Below, in pieces: positions 17,961 through 27,258 of a stretch of DNA of 30,851 nt; within the stretch, counting starts at the first letter, position 1, and every line of letters begins with the position of its first letter. The DNA is from Hadesarchaea archaeon (lineage in GTDB: Archaea; Hadarchaeota; Hadarchaeia; Hadarchaeales; Hadarchaeaceae). The notes beneath the pieces are model-generated. The model had not been told where the DNA came from. It saw only the letters and a list, made by a program, of their open reading frames with translations, and searched no databases. Both the position numbers and the translations under genes were made by a program. The DNA is taken from assembly GCA_029259175.1 (NCBI GenBank), contig JAPDJH010000021.1:1-30851 (forward strand), written 5' to 3'.

Positions 17961-19328
17961 ATGCCGCGGAAAAAATCCGTACCATGGAACGGTCTGCTCC
18001 CCAAAGTCGTAGTTAGGGTTCCCGGTCCCAAGGCGCGGAAAATCGTTGCCAGAGACAAACGAGTGATGTCCCCTTCCTACACGAGAGCTGAACCGATAGT
18101 CGCGAGTGACGGGTGGGGCTGCTATGTGCGGGATGTGGACGGCAACATCTTCCTCGATTTTTCTTCCGGCATGTTTGTTTTGAATTACGGGTATTCCCAC
18201 CCACGCCTCATTTCGGCCGTCGAACGCCAGCTCCGTAAACTCACGCACTTCGCTGGCACGGACTTCTACTACGAGGCGCAAGTGACTCTAGCAGAAATGC
18301 TCATCCGAATCACTCCAGGACGCTTCGAAAAGCGCGTCTATTTCGGCAACAGCGGAGCGGAATCCGTCGAAGCGGCATTCAAATGCGCTCGCTGGCACAC
18401 CCGGCGCCCGCGCATGCTCTCCTACGTAGGGGGTTTCCATGGGCGCACTTTCGGTGCGATGAGTCTTTCGTCAACCAATGTGTTGCACCACCGCTACTTT
18501 GCCCCCTTGGTTCCAGGCGTGAGTTTTCTCCCCTACCCCTACTGTTATCGGTGCCCGTTCAAACTGGAATATCCTGGCTGTGGATTCGCCTGCATAGACT
18601 TCATCAAAGACATGTTGCGCAAGGTGATTCCGCCCGAGGAAGTAGCAGCAATAATCACGGAGCCTATCCAGGGGAGCTCGGGCTACATCGTGCCGCCGCC
18701 GGAATACTTCAAGGTCATAAAGGAGGAGTTCTGTGACAAGTATGGCTGGCTCTTCATAGTGGATGAAATCCAGACGGGATTGGGTCGAACCGGAAAAATG
18801 TTTGCTATCGAACACTGGAAAGTCATCCCGGACATAGTGTGTGTGGCCAAAGCGCTGGCCGGTGGAATCGCACCCATCGGTGCGACCATCGCGCGCGCCG
18901 AGGTGATGAACTGGGAGCCAGGAGCACATGCATCCACGTTCGGCGGCAATCTGGTCGCGTGTGCAGCGGCCATTGAGGGGCTCAAGCTGTTGAAAGAAGA
19001 AAAACTCGTAGAAAGAGCAGCGAAGCTCGGCAGAGTGATGCTAAGGCGTCTCACCGATCTTGCAGAACGATCCAGACTCATTGGTGACGTGCGAGGAAAA
19101 GGATTGCTCGTCGGGATCGAGCTTGTGAAAAACAAGCGAACGAAAGAACGAGCGATAAAGGAGCGCAATGCGGTTGTGCAGCGGGCCTTGGACAAAGGGC
19201 TGCTCATCTTTCGGGGAGGCAAGTCTGTGATTCGATTGGCCCCGCCACTGACCATCACGCGCCAAGAGCTCGATCTGGGTCTCGATCTTTTTGAGGAGGC
19301 CCTGCGAGAGGTCGAGCGCAAATGCTGA
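17961..19328 (+). CDS. Class III (fold type I) PLP-dependent aminotransferase, GABA/ornithine-AT family
   Basis: DVDGN..LDF, NSGAESVEAA, FHGRT, DEIQTG.GRTG, catalytic K in VAKALAGG, STFGGN, RGKGL, IRLAPPL. Confidence 0.93.
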   Translation: MPRKKSVPWNGLLPKVVVRVPGPKARKIVARDKRVMSPSYTRAEPIVASDGWGCYVRDVDGNIFLDFSSGMFVLNYGYSHPRLISAVERQLRKLTHFAGTDFYYEAQVTLAEMLIRITPGRFEKRVYFGNSGAESVEAAFKCARWHTRRPRMLSYVGGFHGRTFGAMSLSSTNVLHHRYFAPLVPGVSFLPYPYCYRCPFKLEYPGCGFACIDFIKDMLRKVIPPEEVAAIITEPIQGSSGYIVPPPEYFKVIKEEFCDKYGWLFIVDEIQTGLGRTGKMFAIEHWKVIPDIVCVAKALAGGIAPIGATIARAEVMNWEPGAHASTFGGNLVACAAAIEGLKLLKEEKLVERAAKLGRVMLRRLTDLAERSRLIGDVRGKGLLVGIELVKNKRTKERAIKERNAVVQRALDKGLLIFRGGKSVIRLAPPLTITRQELDLGLDLFEEALREVERKC

Positions 19329-20635
19329 TGCTCAAGCCGCATTTCAAGACCAACGTACGGGGACATTTGGTGATTGGCGAGATGGACACCGTGGAGCTGG
19401 CTGAACGCTTTGGTACTCCCTTGTACGTGATGGATGAGCAACGGATTAGAGAGAATTACCGGCGCTTTTACAAAGCATATGCTGACCGATGGGGGGGAGT
19501 TCTGGTATGCTATGCACTGAAGGCCAATTCCAACTCCGCGGTCGTCCGTGTGCTCCAGAGTGAGGGTGCCGGCGCAGATGTGAGTTCGGAAAACGAGTTG
19601 CGCATCGCTCTCCGAGCTGGGATACCTGGAAACAAGATGGTTTTCAATGGGAACCACAAAACCATGCGCGAGCTCGCTTTGGCAATCGAGAACGATGTGC
19701 TGATAAACGTGGACAATTTTCAGGAGCTGGAGCTCGTAGACCGGCTAGCCGCTAAAGCCGGAAAACGCGCGCGAATATCTTTTCGTGTAAATCCTGACGT
19801 GGAAGCCCCTACACACCCATACATCGCAACAGGGCTGAAAGAAAGCAAGTTTGGATTCGATGTGGCGAGCGGTCAGGCGCTTCAGGCCTACCGGATGGCT
19901 GCTCGCATGAGAAACGTGGAGGTTATTGGAATCCACGCCCACATAGGGTCGCAAATCCTGGACCCCGCTCCCTTCGAGGAAGAGGCAGAAAAGCTCATGC
20001 AACTGGTGGTTCAGATAAAGGAGGAAGTGGGAGTGTTTATCTCGGTGGTTGATTTCGGAGGGGGACTGGGTATCCCGTACAAACCAGAAGATCAGGAGCT
20101 GGATCCGGAAGTGGTGGCGGAGCGGGTGGTGGGGGTTGTGTCGCGCTACGTGGAAGAGCACGATCTGCCAAGACCTATCCTCATGTTCGAGCCGGGGCGC
20201 TACATCGTCGGGGATGCGGGAGTGCTGCTAGCACGTGTGGGGTACATCAAAGAAAGACCCGGTTTGCCCACATGGATTGCGATCGACGCTGGAATGAACG
20301 CCCTTATAAGGCCTGCGCTCTACGGTGCCTATCACCACATCGAAGTGGCAAACAAAATCCGCGAAGCCAACGAGCGTGAGTACAACATAGCCGGGCCGCT
20401 CTGCGAATCGGGAGACTTTCTGGGTAAACAGCGAAAACTCCCACGGGTGGAGCCCGGGGACCTCATAGCGATCTTCGACGTGGGGGCCTACGGACTTGCG
20501 ATGTCCAACCAACACACGGCACAGTCAAGGCCAGCAATGGTCTTGGTCAACGGGAAGAAAGCAGCCATAGTGCGCAGGCGTGAAACGTTTGAGGATCTGG
20601 TCCGCTTGGATGAGATTCCAGAGTGGTTGAAATGA
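19322..20635 (+). CDS. lysA: Diaminopimelate decarboxylase
   Basis: GTPLYV, YALKANS, IATGLKESKFG, HAHIGSQ, GGGLG, EPGRY, GPLCESGD, GAYG. Confidence 0.97.
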   Translation: MLMLKPHFKTNVRGHLVIGEMDTVELAERFGTPLYVMDEQRIRENYRRFYKAYADRWGGVLVCYALKANSNSAVVRVLQSEGAGADVSSENELRIALRAGIPGNKMVFNGNHKTMRELALAIENDVLINVDNFQELELVDRLAAKAGKRARISFRVNPDVEAPTHPYIATGLKESKFGFDVASGQALQAYRMAARMRNVEVIGIHAHIGSQILDPAPFEEEAEKLMQLVVQIKEEVGVFISVVDFGGGLGIPYKPEDQELDPEVVAERVVGVVSRYVEEHDLPRPILMFEPGRYIVGDAGVLLARVGYIKERPGLPTWIAIDAGMNALIRPALYGAYHHIEVANKIREANEREYNIAGPLCESGDFLGKQRKLPRVEPGDLIAIFDVGAYGLAMSNQHTAQSRPAMVLVNGKKAAIVRRRETFEDLVRLDEIPEWLK

Positions 20636-21855
20636 AGCGGATAGTGGTCAAGTTCGGCGGAACAAGTGTGGGGAATCTAGCACGGATAAGAAGGGATGCG
20701 GAAGCGGTAGCCAGAGAGGTGAAGCGAGGAAATCAAGTAGCCGTGGTGGTATCAGCCATTGGACACACTACTGATGCGCTGATTAAAGCATTCAAAACCT
20801 TCAATCCCAGTCCTGAGCCAGCGGATATAGACTTCATCATGGCGTTAGGAGAGCGCTACTCGGCACGTGTCTTCGCCCGGATTCTGCGAGAGCTGGGGAT
20901 TCAAGCCAAGGCGATCGATCCGAGGAGTCCGGAGTGGCCAGTAATCACCGATTCGCGGCACGGAATGGCCAACATCGACTTTGAGGAAACGAGACGCAGA
21001 GCACAACGATACCTGCTGCCGCTTATGAAGCGCGGGGTAGTTCCCGTGATATGCGGTTTTCTGGGAAAAAACAAGAAGGGGTGGATCACCACGCTGGGGC
21101 GCGGGGGAAGCGATATCACGGGCTTTCTGATGGGTGAGTGCTTGGATGCGGACGAAGTGGTGATCGTCACGGATGTGGACGGGGTCATGAGCGCCGATCC
21201 AAACGTGGTAAGAGAGGCCCAGGTGCTGAGGCGAATAAGCGTGGAGGAGATGCGGGATCTCGCCAGATTCGGTGCGCAGGTCATGCACCCGCGGGCAATG
21301 GCATACAAGCATCCGAAGATCACGGGGAAAGTGGTGAACTTCAGAAAGTGGAATTTGCAAGCTCCTGGGACCGTGATCGTCGGTCCTCAAGAAAAAGAAA
21401 CGGAGAGGGTGTGGCTCTACCCCGAACCGCTGGCAATGCTCACCGTGGTGGGGGAGGAGATGCAAACAACGCCCGGTGTGCTCGTCAAGGCCTCTACTCC
21501 CGTCAGTCGGGCGCGGATCAACATCTTCGGGGTGTCGATTGGGCCACGCTCCTTCTCGCTCTACGTGCGGGAGGAAGACGCTGAGCGGGCAGCCCGTCTC
21601 GTTCACCGCGTCATCGTGAAGAACGGGTTGATGAAGTCGGTTACCATCCAGAAAGGGCTGGCGATGATAACTGCTGAAAGCGAACGCTTCATCTACACCC
21701 CGGGAGTGATCGCCAAGCTCACGGCACCGGTGGGGCACGCCGGGATAAACATTGTGGAGATTCTGTCGAGCAGAGCTTCCATCAGCTTTTTCGTCGACTG
21801 GGAAGTGCGCGAGCGAGCACTCAAACTGTTTAAAGAGGCGATGCAGAGGATTTGA
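20632..21855 (+). CDS. lysC: Aspartate kinase with ACT domains
   Basis: VVKFGGTSV, VVVSA, TTLGRGGSD, TDVDGVMSADP, GAQVMHP; ATGA overlap with lysA. Confidence 0.96.
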   Translation: MKRIVVKFGGTSVGNLARIRRDAEAVAREVKRGNQVAVVVSAIGHTTDALIKAFKTFNPSPEPADIDFIMALGERYSARVFARILRELGIQAKAIDPRSPEWPVITDSRHGMANIDFEETRRRAQRYLLPLMKRGVVPVICGFLGKNKKGWITTLGRGGSDITGFLMGECLDADEVVIVTDVDGVMSADPNVVREAQVLRRISVEEMRDLARFGAQVMHPRAMAYKHPKITGKVVNFRKWNLQAPGTVIVGPQEKETERVWLYPEPLAMLTVVGEEMQTTPGVLVKASTPVSRARINIFGVSIGPRSFSLYVREEDAERAARLVHRVIVKNGLMKSVTIQKGLAMITAESERFIYTPGVIAKLTAPVGHAGINIVEILSSRASISFFVDWEVRERALKLFKEAMQRI

Positions 21856-21864
21856 GGGACGCGA

Positions 21865-22746
21865 ATGTTTGAAGGGGTTTTCACAGCCATGGTTACGCCG
21901 TTCGACAAGGACGGCAAAGTAGATGAAGAAGGGCTTCGAAAAAACGTGGAATTTCAAATCAAAAGCGGGGTTCACGGGCTCGTGCCGGTGGGGACGACGG
22001 GAGAATGCGCCACTCTATCATACGAAGAACACAATCGTGTCATCGAGATCGTAGTAGATGCCGCAAAGGGGCGTGTCCCCGTTCTAGCTGGTACCGGGAG
22101 CAATTCCACTTGGGAAGCCATCATGCTTACCAAACACGCGAAAGAAGTAGGGGCGGACGGAGCGCTTATCGTAGTTCCCTACTACAACAAGCCGACCCAA
22201 GCAGGTCTCTATGCTCACTACAAGCGCATCGCCGAAGAGGTGGACATCCCAATAGTCATTTACAACATACCGTCGCGCACGGGAATCAACATGCTCCCTG
22301 AAACGATGGCAAAGCTGGCCAAGCTTTCCAACATAGTCGGGGTAAAGGAAGCCACCGGAGATATGGATCAAGTGAAACGGATTATAGAGCTCACCAAGAA
22401 CGAGGATTTCGTGGTGACCTCGGGGAACGATTCCGACACGCTGGAAATTATGAAGCTCGGAGGAGTCGGAGTAATTTCGGTTGCATCCAACATCGTTCCA
22501 GATCGTGTGGTCGCGCTGGTGGAAGCGGCTAAGAGCGGGGAGTGGGAAAAAGCCGAGCGAATACACCAAGAGCTCAGCCCTCTCTTCAAAGCCCTCTTTA
22601 TCGAGACCAATCCGGGGCCGGTTAAAACGGCCATGAACTGGATGGGGCTACCAGCAGGGGGGCTAAGACTTCCGCTGGTGGAGATGGCGCCGGAAAACCA
22701 GCAAAAACTGCGCGAAGTGCTTGTGCAGATGGGGCTTCTAAAATGA
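21865..22746 (+). CDS. dapA: 4-hydroxy-tetrahydrodipicolinate synthase
   Basis: TAMVTPF, GTTGE, PYYNKPTQ, YNIPSRTG, GVKEA, ETNP.PVK. Confidence 0.97.
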   Translation: MFEGVFTAMVTPFDKDGKVDEEGLRKNVEFQIKSGVHGLVPVGTTGECATLSYEEHNRVIEIVVDAAKGRVPVLAGTGSNSTWEAIMLTKHAKEVGADGALIVVPYYNKPTQAGLYAHYKRIAEEVDIPIVIYNIPSRTGINMLPETMAKLAKLSNIVGVKEATGDMDQVKRIIELTKNEDFVVTSGNDSDTLEIMKLGGVGVISVASNIVPDRVVALVEAAKSGEWEKAERIHQELSPLFKALFIETNPGPVKTAMNWMGLPAGGLRLPLVEMAPENQQKLREVLVQMGLLK

Positions 22747-23564
22747 TTCGAGTGGCACTCTGCGGGGCCTGCGGGCGAATGGGTCGTGAAATCATTAAGC
22801 AGCTGGTGAAACAGCCAGACATGAAGCTATCGGCGGCAATCGAAGCTCCGGATTCCCCCTTTCTCGGAAAAGATGCCGGTGCGGTGGCCGGAGTAGGAAA
22901 GCTTGGGGTCAAGGTCGAGAGCGCCAAAGAACTCCCAAAAGCTTTGAAAGAAAAGAAACCCGATGTGCTGGTCGACTTCACACGAGCTGAAGCAGCGGTC
23001 GAAAATGTTCGAATCGCTGCAGAACTCGGAGTCCCAGTAGTGGTGGGGACCACGGGGTTCTCGGCAGAACAGAAAAAAATGCTCGAAGAAGTCATAAGCC
23101 GAAACAAGATACCTGCGGTGATTTCTCCAAACATGTCGGTGGGAGTAAACGTTTTTTTCAAACTCGTTTCTGAAACTGCACGAATGCTCGGTCCCGACTA
23201 CGAAGTGGAAATAGTAGAGACCCACCACCACGGAAAGCTGGATGCGCCAAGTGGTACGGCTCTTAAAGCAGCCAAGCTCATTGCCGATGCGTTAGGGCTG
23301 AGCGAAGATCTGATAAAAACAGGGAGGCCGGCGGGAAAACAAGAGAAGCGGGGAAAGGAAATTTACATTCACTCGTTGAGAGTTGGGGACGTGGCTGGAG
23401 AGCACACCGTCGTGTTCGCTGGGCCAGCCGAGCGAATCGAACTTACCCACCGAGCGCACAGCCGGGAAACTTTTGCGGCAGGAGTCATCCGGGCCATCCG
23501 GTTCGTGAAAGAGCACGGAAAAGCCGGGAAAGTCCACGACATGTGGAACGTGCTGGGTCTATAA
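22743..23564 (+). CDS. dapB: 4-hydroxy-tetrahydrodipicolinate reductase
   Basis: GACGRMG, VDFT, VGTTG, PNMSVGVN, ETHHHGKLDAPSGTA, GEH, HRAHSR..FA.G. Confidence 0.97.
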   Translation: MIRVALCGACGRMGREIIKQLVKQPDMKLSAAIEAPDSPFLGKDAGAVAGVGKLGVKVESAKELPKALKEKKPDVLVDFTRAEAAVENVRIAAELGVPVVVGTTGFSAEQKKMLEEVISRNKIPAVISPNMSVGVNVFFKLVSETARMLGPDYEVEIVETHHHGKLDAPSGTALKAAKLIADALGLSEDLIKTGRPAGKQEKRGKEIYIHSLRVGDVAGEHTVVFAGPAERIELTHRAHSRETFAAGVIRAIRFVKEHGKAGKVHDMWNVLGL

Positions 23565-23608
23565 TAATGTTTTAATACTGTGCTGGGGCTGGAAATAGGG
23601 GATCGAAG

Positions 23609-24748
23609 ATGAAGCGCATTCCAGTTGGGATCCTAGGTGCGACTGGAGAAGTCGGACAGAAGTTTGTGGTTAATTTGCAGAATCACCCGTGGTTTGAGAT
23701 CAGAGAACTGTATGCCTCTGAACGGTCAGCTGGACTCACCTACGCGAGGGCTGTGGGGTATGGAGAATCTGAAAGCCGGTGGTTCTTGAAGGAAACTCCG
23801 AACGAGGAAATTCTGGAAATCAAAGTGAAAAACGTGCGTGAAGCGGCGGGTGGGGAGTGCAAAGTCTATTTCTCTGCTCTCCCATCCAAGGTCGCGCTGG
23901 AAATAGAGGGAGAAATCGCCAAACAACACCCGGTCGTGAGCACCGCTTCGGCTTATCGGTACTTCGAAGACAGCTTCACCTACTTGCCGGGAGTAAACGA
24001 GGAGCATGTGGCCATGATTGAGGTGCAGCAGCGAAGCCGGGGGTGGAAAGGGTTTGTGGTGCCCCAGCCCAACTGCACGACGATCGGACTGGTGCTCTCG
24101 CTCAAGCCCATCTACGACCGCTTTGGACTTCAAGAGGTGATCATGACATCCATGCAGTCGGTTTCTGGCGCAGGCTACGGTGCTGTGGTCGAATGGGCGA
24201 AGCAAAGGAGAGAACAGGGGGGTGATCTGCCATCAGAACTCTCAGAGTATCGTCCAAAGCTTTTCGAAGGCAACGTCATTCCGTACATCGAAAAGGAGGA
24301 AGAAAAAGTGAAGAAAGAAACAGTTAAGTTGCTGGGAAAATTCGAGAATGGCAAAATCTTCCCGGCGGAGTTCAAGATCGCGTGCAAATGCAACCGTGTC
24401 CCGGTGCTTCACGGACACACCGAGTCAGTATTCATCCGGACTCGGGAACCAGCCACGGTGGAAGAACTCAAGCGCACTTGGTCCGAGTACCGGGGTGAGC
24501 CCCAGCACTTGAAGCTCCCATCTGCCGCAGAGCGACCAATAGTAGTAATGAAGGAACGTGACAGACCACAGCCTCGGTTCGATGTGCTTATCGAAAAAGG
24601 AATGGCGGCCGTTGTCGGCGGGGTAGAAGCGAACATTTTTGAAAACGGCTTTCAGTACACCGTCCTTTCCCATAACACGGAGCTGGGCGCGGCGAAGGGT
24701 GCGGTTCTGGCCGCCGAATATCTCTACAAAATCGGAAGGATCAAATGA
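23609..24748 (+). CDS. asd: Aspartate-semialdehyde dehydrogenase (archaeal/fungal type)
   Basis: GATGEVGQ, HPWFE, ASERSAG, PNCTT, QSVSGAG, EEEK, RVPVLHGH, HNTELGAA. Own TATA-like TTTTAATA near 23570. Confidence 0.94.
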   Translation: MKRIPVGILGATGEVGQKFVVNLQNHPWFEIRELYASERSAGLTYARAVGYGESESRWFLKETPNEEILEIKVKNVREAAGGECKVYFSALPSKVALEIEGEIAKQHPVVSTASAYRYFEDSFTYLPGVNEEHVAMIEVQQRSRGWKGFVVPQPNCTTIGLVLSLKPIYDRFGLQEVIMTSMQSVSGAGYGAVVEWAKQRREQGGDLPSELSEYRPKLFEGNVIPYIEKEEEKVKKETVKLLGKFENGKIFPAEFKIACKCNRVPVLHGHTESVFIRTREPATVEELKRTWSEYRGEPQHLKLPSAAERPIVVMKERDRPQPRFDVLIEKGMAAVVGGVEANIFENGFQYTVLSHNTELGAAKGAVLAAEYLYKIGRIK

Positions 24749-25683
24749 ACCGCGCCTCTCCTAACGGAGTAACAACCGTCGCTGTCGTCGTTTTTGCAAT
24801 AGTTGTGGTGGTCATTGCCCTCGGTGCAATTTTTTTGCTGGGGAAGCCGAGCAGTTTTACTCATGAATCTGCGACCCTCATCCAAATAACTTTCTCAAAT
24901 TCGGATTACGATCCGGACTGGAGTCCGGACGGCGCCAAAATAGTTTTCGCCCATGTTGAAGGAGAAACGCAAACTTTGTATATAGTCAACGCGGACGGAA
25001 CAGGGCTCACGGAAATCGGTCCGGGTTTCGATCCCGCTTGGAGCCCGGTCGAGAACAAGATAGCGTACACACTGGACGGGCAGATCTACACCATGAACTC
25101 TGACGGCAGCGACGTTACCCAGCTAACAACAGAAGGGTTCAACGGCAATCCTGCTTGGAGCCCGGACGGCACCAAGATAGTTTTTACGAGATACGAAGAA
25201 GAGGAAGCATCGATTTGGATAATGAACAGAGACGGTAGCGAAAAAGTCCAGCTTACCTTTCCAGAGAACGACGGGAGGTGTTCTTGGCCTTCCTTCAGCT
25301 ACGATGGGTCGAAAATCGTTTACATCAAAGGGCCAGTGACTGCAACGCCTGGTGAAGAGGCCGAACCCAACGAAATCTGGGTGATGAATAACGATGGTTC
25401 GAACAAGCACCCGATATATGCTCCTGGAGACAGCGGGCAGCTGATATTTCAACGCGCTTGGAACAAGGATAACAAAATCTTGTTCATGAAACAAGTGCCG
25501 GGAAGACCGCCCGACGTGTGGGTGATAAACTCCGATGGTTCTGGTGCTTCTCCTGTGCTCGAAAGCGACCAGTATTGCTATGGCGATCCGGTGTGGGATC
25601 TGGCTGGCACGAAAGTGGCACTCATAAAATCCTCTTCTCCGGGATCTCAAAACGTTTTTATCTTTCTTTGGCCTCAGGAGTGA
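24745..25683 (+). CDS. Membrane-anchored TolB-like / PD40-repeat beta-propeller protein
   Basis: N-terminal hydrophobic helix; repeats PDWSPDG, PAWSP, PAWSPDG, PSFSYDG and [IV][WY]x[VM]NxDG[ST]. Confidence 0.88.
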   Translation: MNRASPNGVTTVAVVVFAIVVVVIALGAIFLLGKPSSFTHESATLIQITFSNSDYDPDWSPDGAKIVFAHVEGETQTLYIVNADGTGLTEIGPGFDPAWSPVENKIAYTLDGQIYTMNSDGSDVTQLTTEGFNGNPAWSPDGTKIVFTRYEEEEASIWIMNRDGSEKVQLTFPENDGRCSWPSFSYDGSKIVYIKGPVTATPGEEAEPNEIWVMNNDGSNKHPIYAPGDSGQLIFQRAWNKDNKILFMKQVPGRPPDVWVINSDGSGASPVLESDQYCYGDPVWDLAGTKVALIKSSSPGSQNVFIFLWPQE

Positions 25684-26281
25684 CCTCCTCTATCTTGATG
25701 CCGAGTCTCCTCAGTGACTTCGCCATCTCGCGAACGGCTTTGCTCTCTCTCACCTTTCCGTGGAGGAGGAGCCCGAGGGTGATCACTCCGGTGACCAGAA
25801 AGATCATCCACGTTTCGGGGAGAAAAGGCATGACTCCAGAAAGAGCGGCGGTCCAAAAAAGACTGGACGCCAACGCCCCGGCCGCCACCGAGAGAAAAAT
25901 GGTGGAAACACGGATGTTGAGCAGAGATGCTAATAGTGCTGACCACGAGACCCCCATCATGAAGGTGAAGAGAAAGAGTCCGGTGCCCAGACACCAACGC
26001 CTCCGCCCGCGTTCGAACACCCTGAGGTTTTCCGCGATGACCGATTCGATCTTCTGAGTGAGCTTGGGGCCGCCCAGCTTCTCGAGGACTTTTCGGCGGT
26101 AGAAGAGCTCGTACTTGAGCAAGCGAAAGATAGCGAACCACACAGGCACCAAGGCCAGGTGAACCGCGCTCACTGCAAAAGCAGTTTCGGGGATGGAGAA
26201 TCCCTCGGCCAAACAGAACGCGGCGCCCATTGCGGGACCGAAAGCAAAAGTGAACGCAATCAGCAACAGGATGTCCAGCAT
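25658..26281 (-). CDS. Hypothetical polytopic membrane protein (weak resemblance to small multi-drug export family)
   Basis: About 5 hydrophobic segments with a basic loop; family assignment tentative. Confidence 0.65.
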   Translation of the reverse strand: MLDILLLIAFTFAFGPAMGAAFCLAEGFSIPETAFAVSAVHLALVPVWFAIFRLLKYELFYRRKVLEKLGGPKLTQKIESVIAENLRVFERGRRRWCLGTGLFLFTFMMGVSWSALLASLLNIRVSTIFLSVAAGALASSLFWTAALSGVMPFLPETWMIFLVTGVITLGLLLHGKVRESKAVREMAKSLRRLGIKIEEVTPEAKER

Positions 26282-26302
26282 TGGGGCTCACTCAAGAGTT
26301 CG

Positions 26303-27235
26303 TCACCCAAATCCGACGAACCAGATGCCCGGCTCGCGGTGAGAGCGATCCCACCACTGGCTCCACGTGATGCGGTCAGCGCTCACGTCGTTCTGGATTC
26401 CCAAAGCGTAAACCCATCCGGAGTACACGAGCTCGGTCGCCATGTCCACCAGCTCTTTTGTTCCGTACGCCACGTCCGCGTTGGGATTGCCGGAATACTC
26501 CGAATAATCACTGGACTCACATTTTCGGGATTGAATCCAGTCGCCGAGCCACCCCCCCATTGGGTCATCCGGAGGCATCACGTGGTCTATGAAGTTATCG
26601 AGTTGCACTGTTGCCGCGCTGATGAAATCCTCAAGGCTCGAATAAGGAATGCCCGTGCCCGAAACAATCAGTGCCGGATCCTTTGGCCGGTAGTACTCCA
26701 CTTGTGCTTCTAGATGATCCTCTATGGGTCCATAAGCAGAATATGCGAGATCTGGGTCGCCAAAAAGGCTCTCGAAGTACGGCCGGAAGTTGTCGTGCGA
26801 GGTGTACGCCATCACGTCAGCCAAATAATGAGCCGCTATCCCTAGAAAATAAACTGCGTTATCGTATGCGCCGGCATTCCAGTTATCTCTCGCGCGCAAC
26901 AGCCACTCCATTCCTTGATTTTCCGCATAGGTCATGGTGTGGCGGAGGTCTAGATAGTAAGGACCTCTCCTCCACGTGTCCGGTTTCACCGAGCCGGTGC
27001 GGATGAGCTCCCACTTCTCGCTCAGTGTTTGTTTTGCGGTTGTCACGCTTGACGAGGTCGAGGGATCGCCCGTAATTCGCCACAGGGCGACCATGGATAT
27101 TCCCCGGCTCCCGTAGACCCCTCCATACGTGCGCCAAGCCCATCCATTTCCTGCGGGGACGGTAAGGAGGAGAACCACCACCAGAAGTGCCAGTGAGCAA
27201 GCCATGGTTCCGCGATGCATGGTTCTCACCAGCAA
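26303..27235 (-). CDS. Secreted Zn-dependent phospholipase C / S1-P1 nuclease superfamily protein (start uncertain)
   Basis: Signal peptide ending ...GWA|W; GSVKPD, LGIAAHYLADV...H motifs. Confidence 0.7.
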   Translation of the reverse strand: MLVRTMHRGTMACSLALLVVVLLLTVPAGNGWAWRTYGGVYGSRGISMVALWRITGDPSTSSSVTTAKQTLSEKWELIRTGSVKPDTWRRGPYYLDLRHTMTYAENQGMEWLLRARDNWNAGAYDNAVYFLGIAAHYLADVMAYTSHDNFRPYFESLFGDPDLAYSAYGPIEDHLEAQVEYYRPKDPALIVSGTGIPYSSLEDFISAATVQLDNFIDHVMPPDDPMGGWLGDWIQSRKCESSDYSEYSGNPNADVAYGTKELVDMATELVYSGWVYALGIQNDVSADRITWSQWWDRSHREPGIWFVGFG

Positions 27236-27258
27236 CTCGTTTTTTAAACCTAAAAGGC

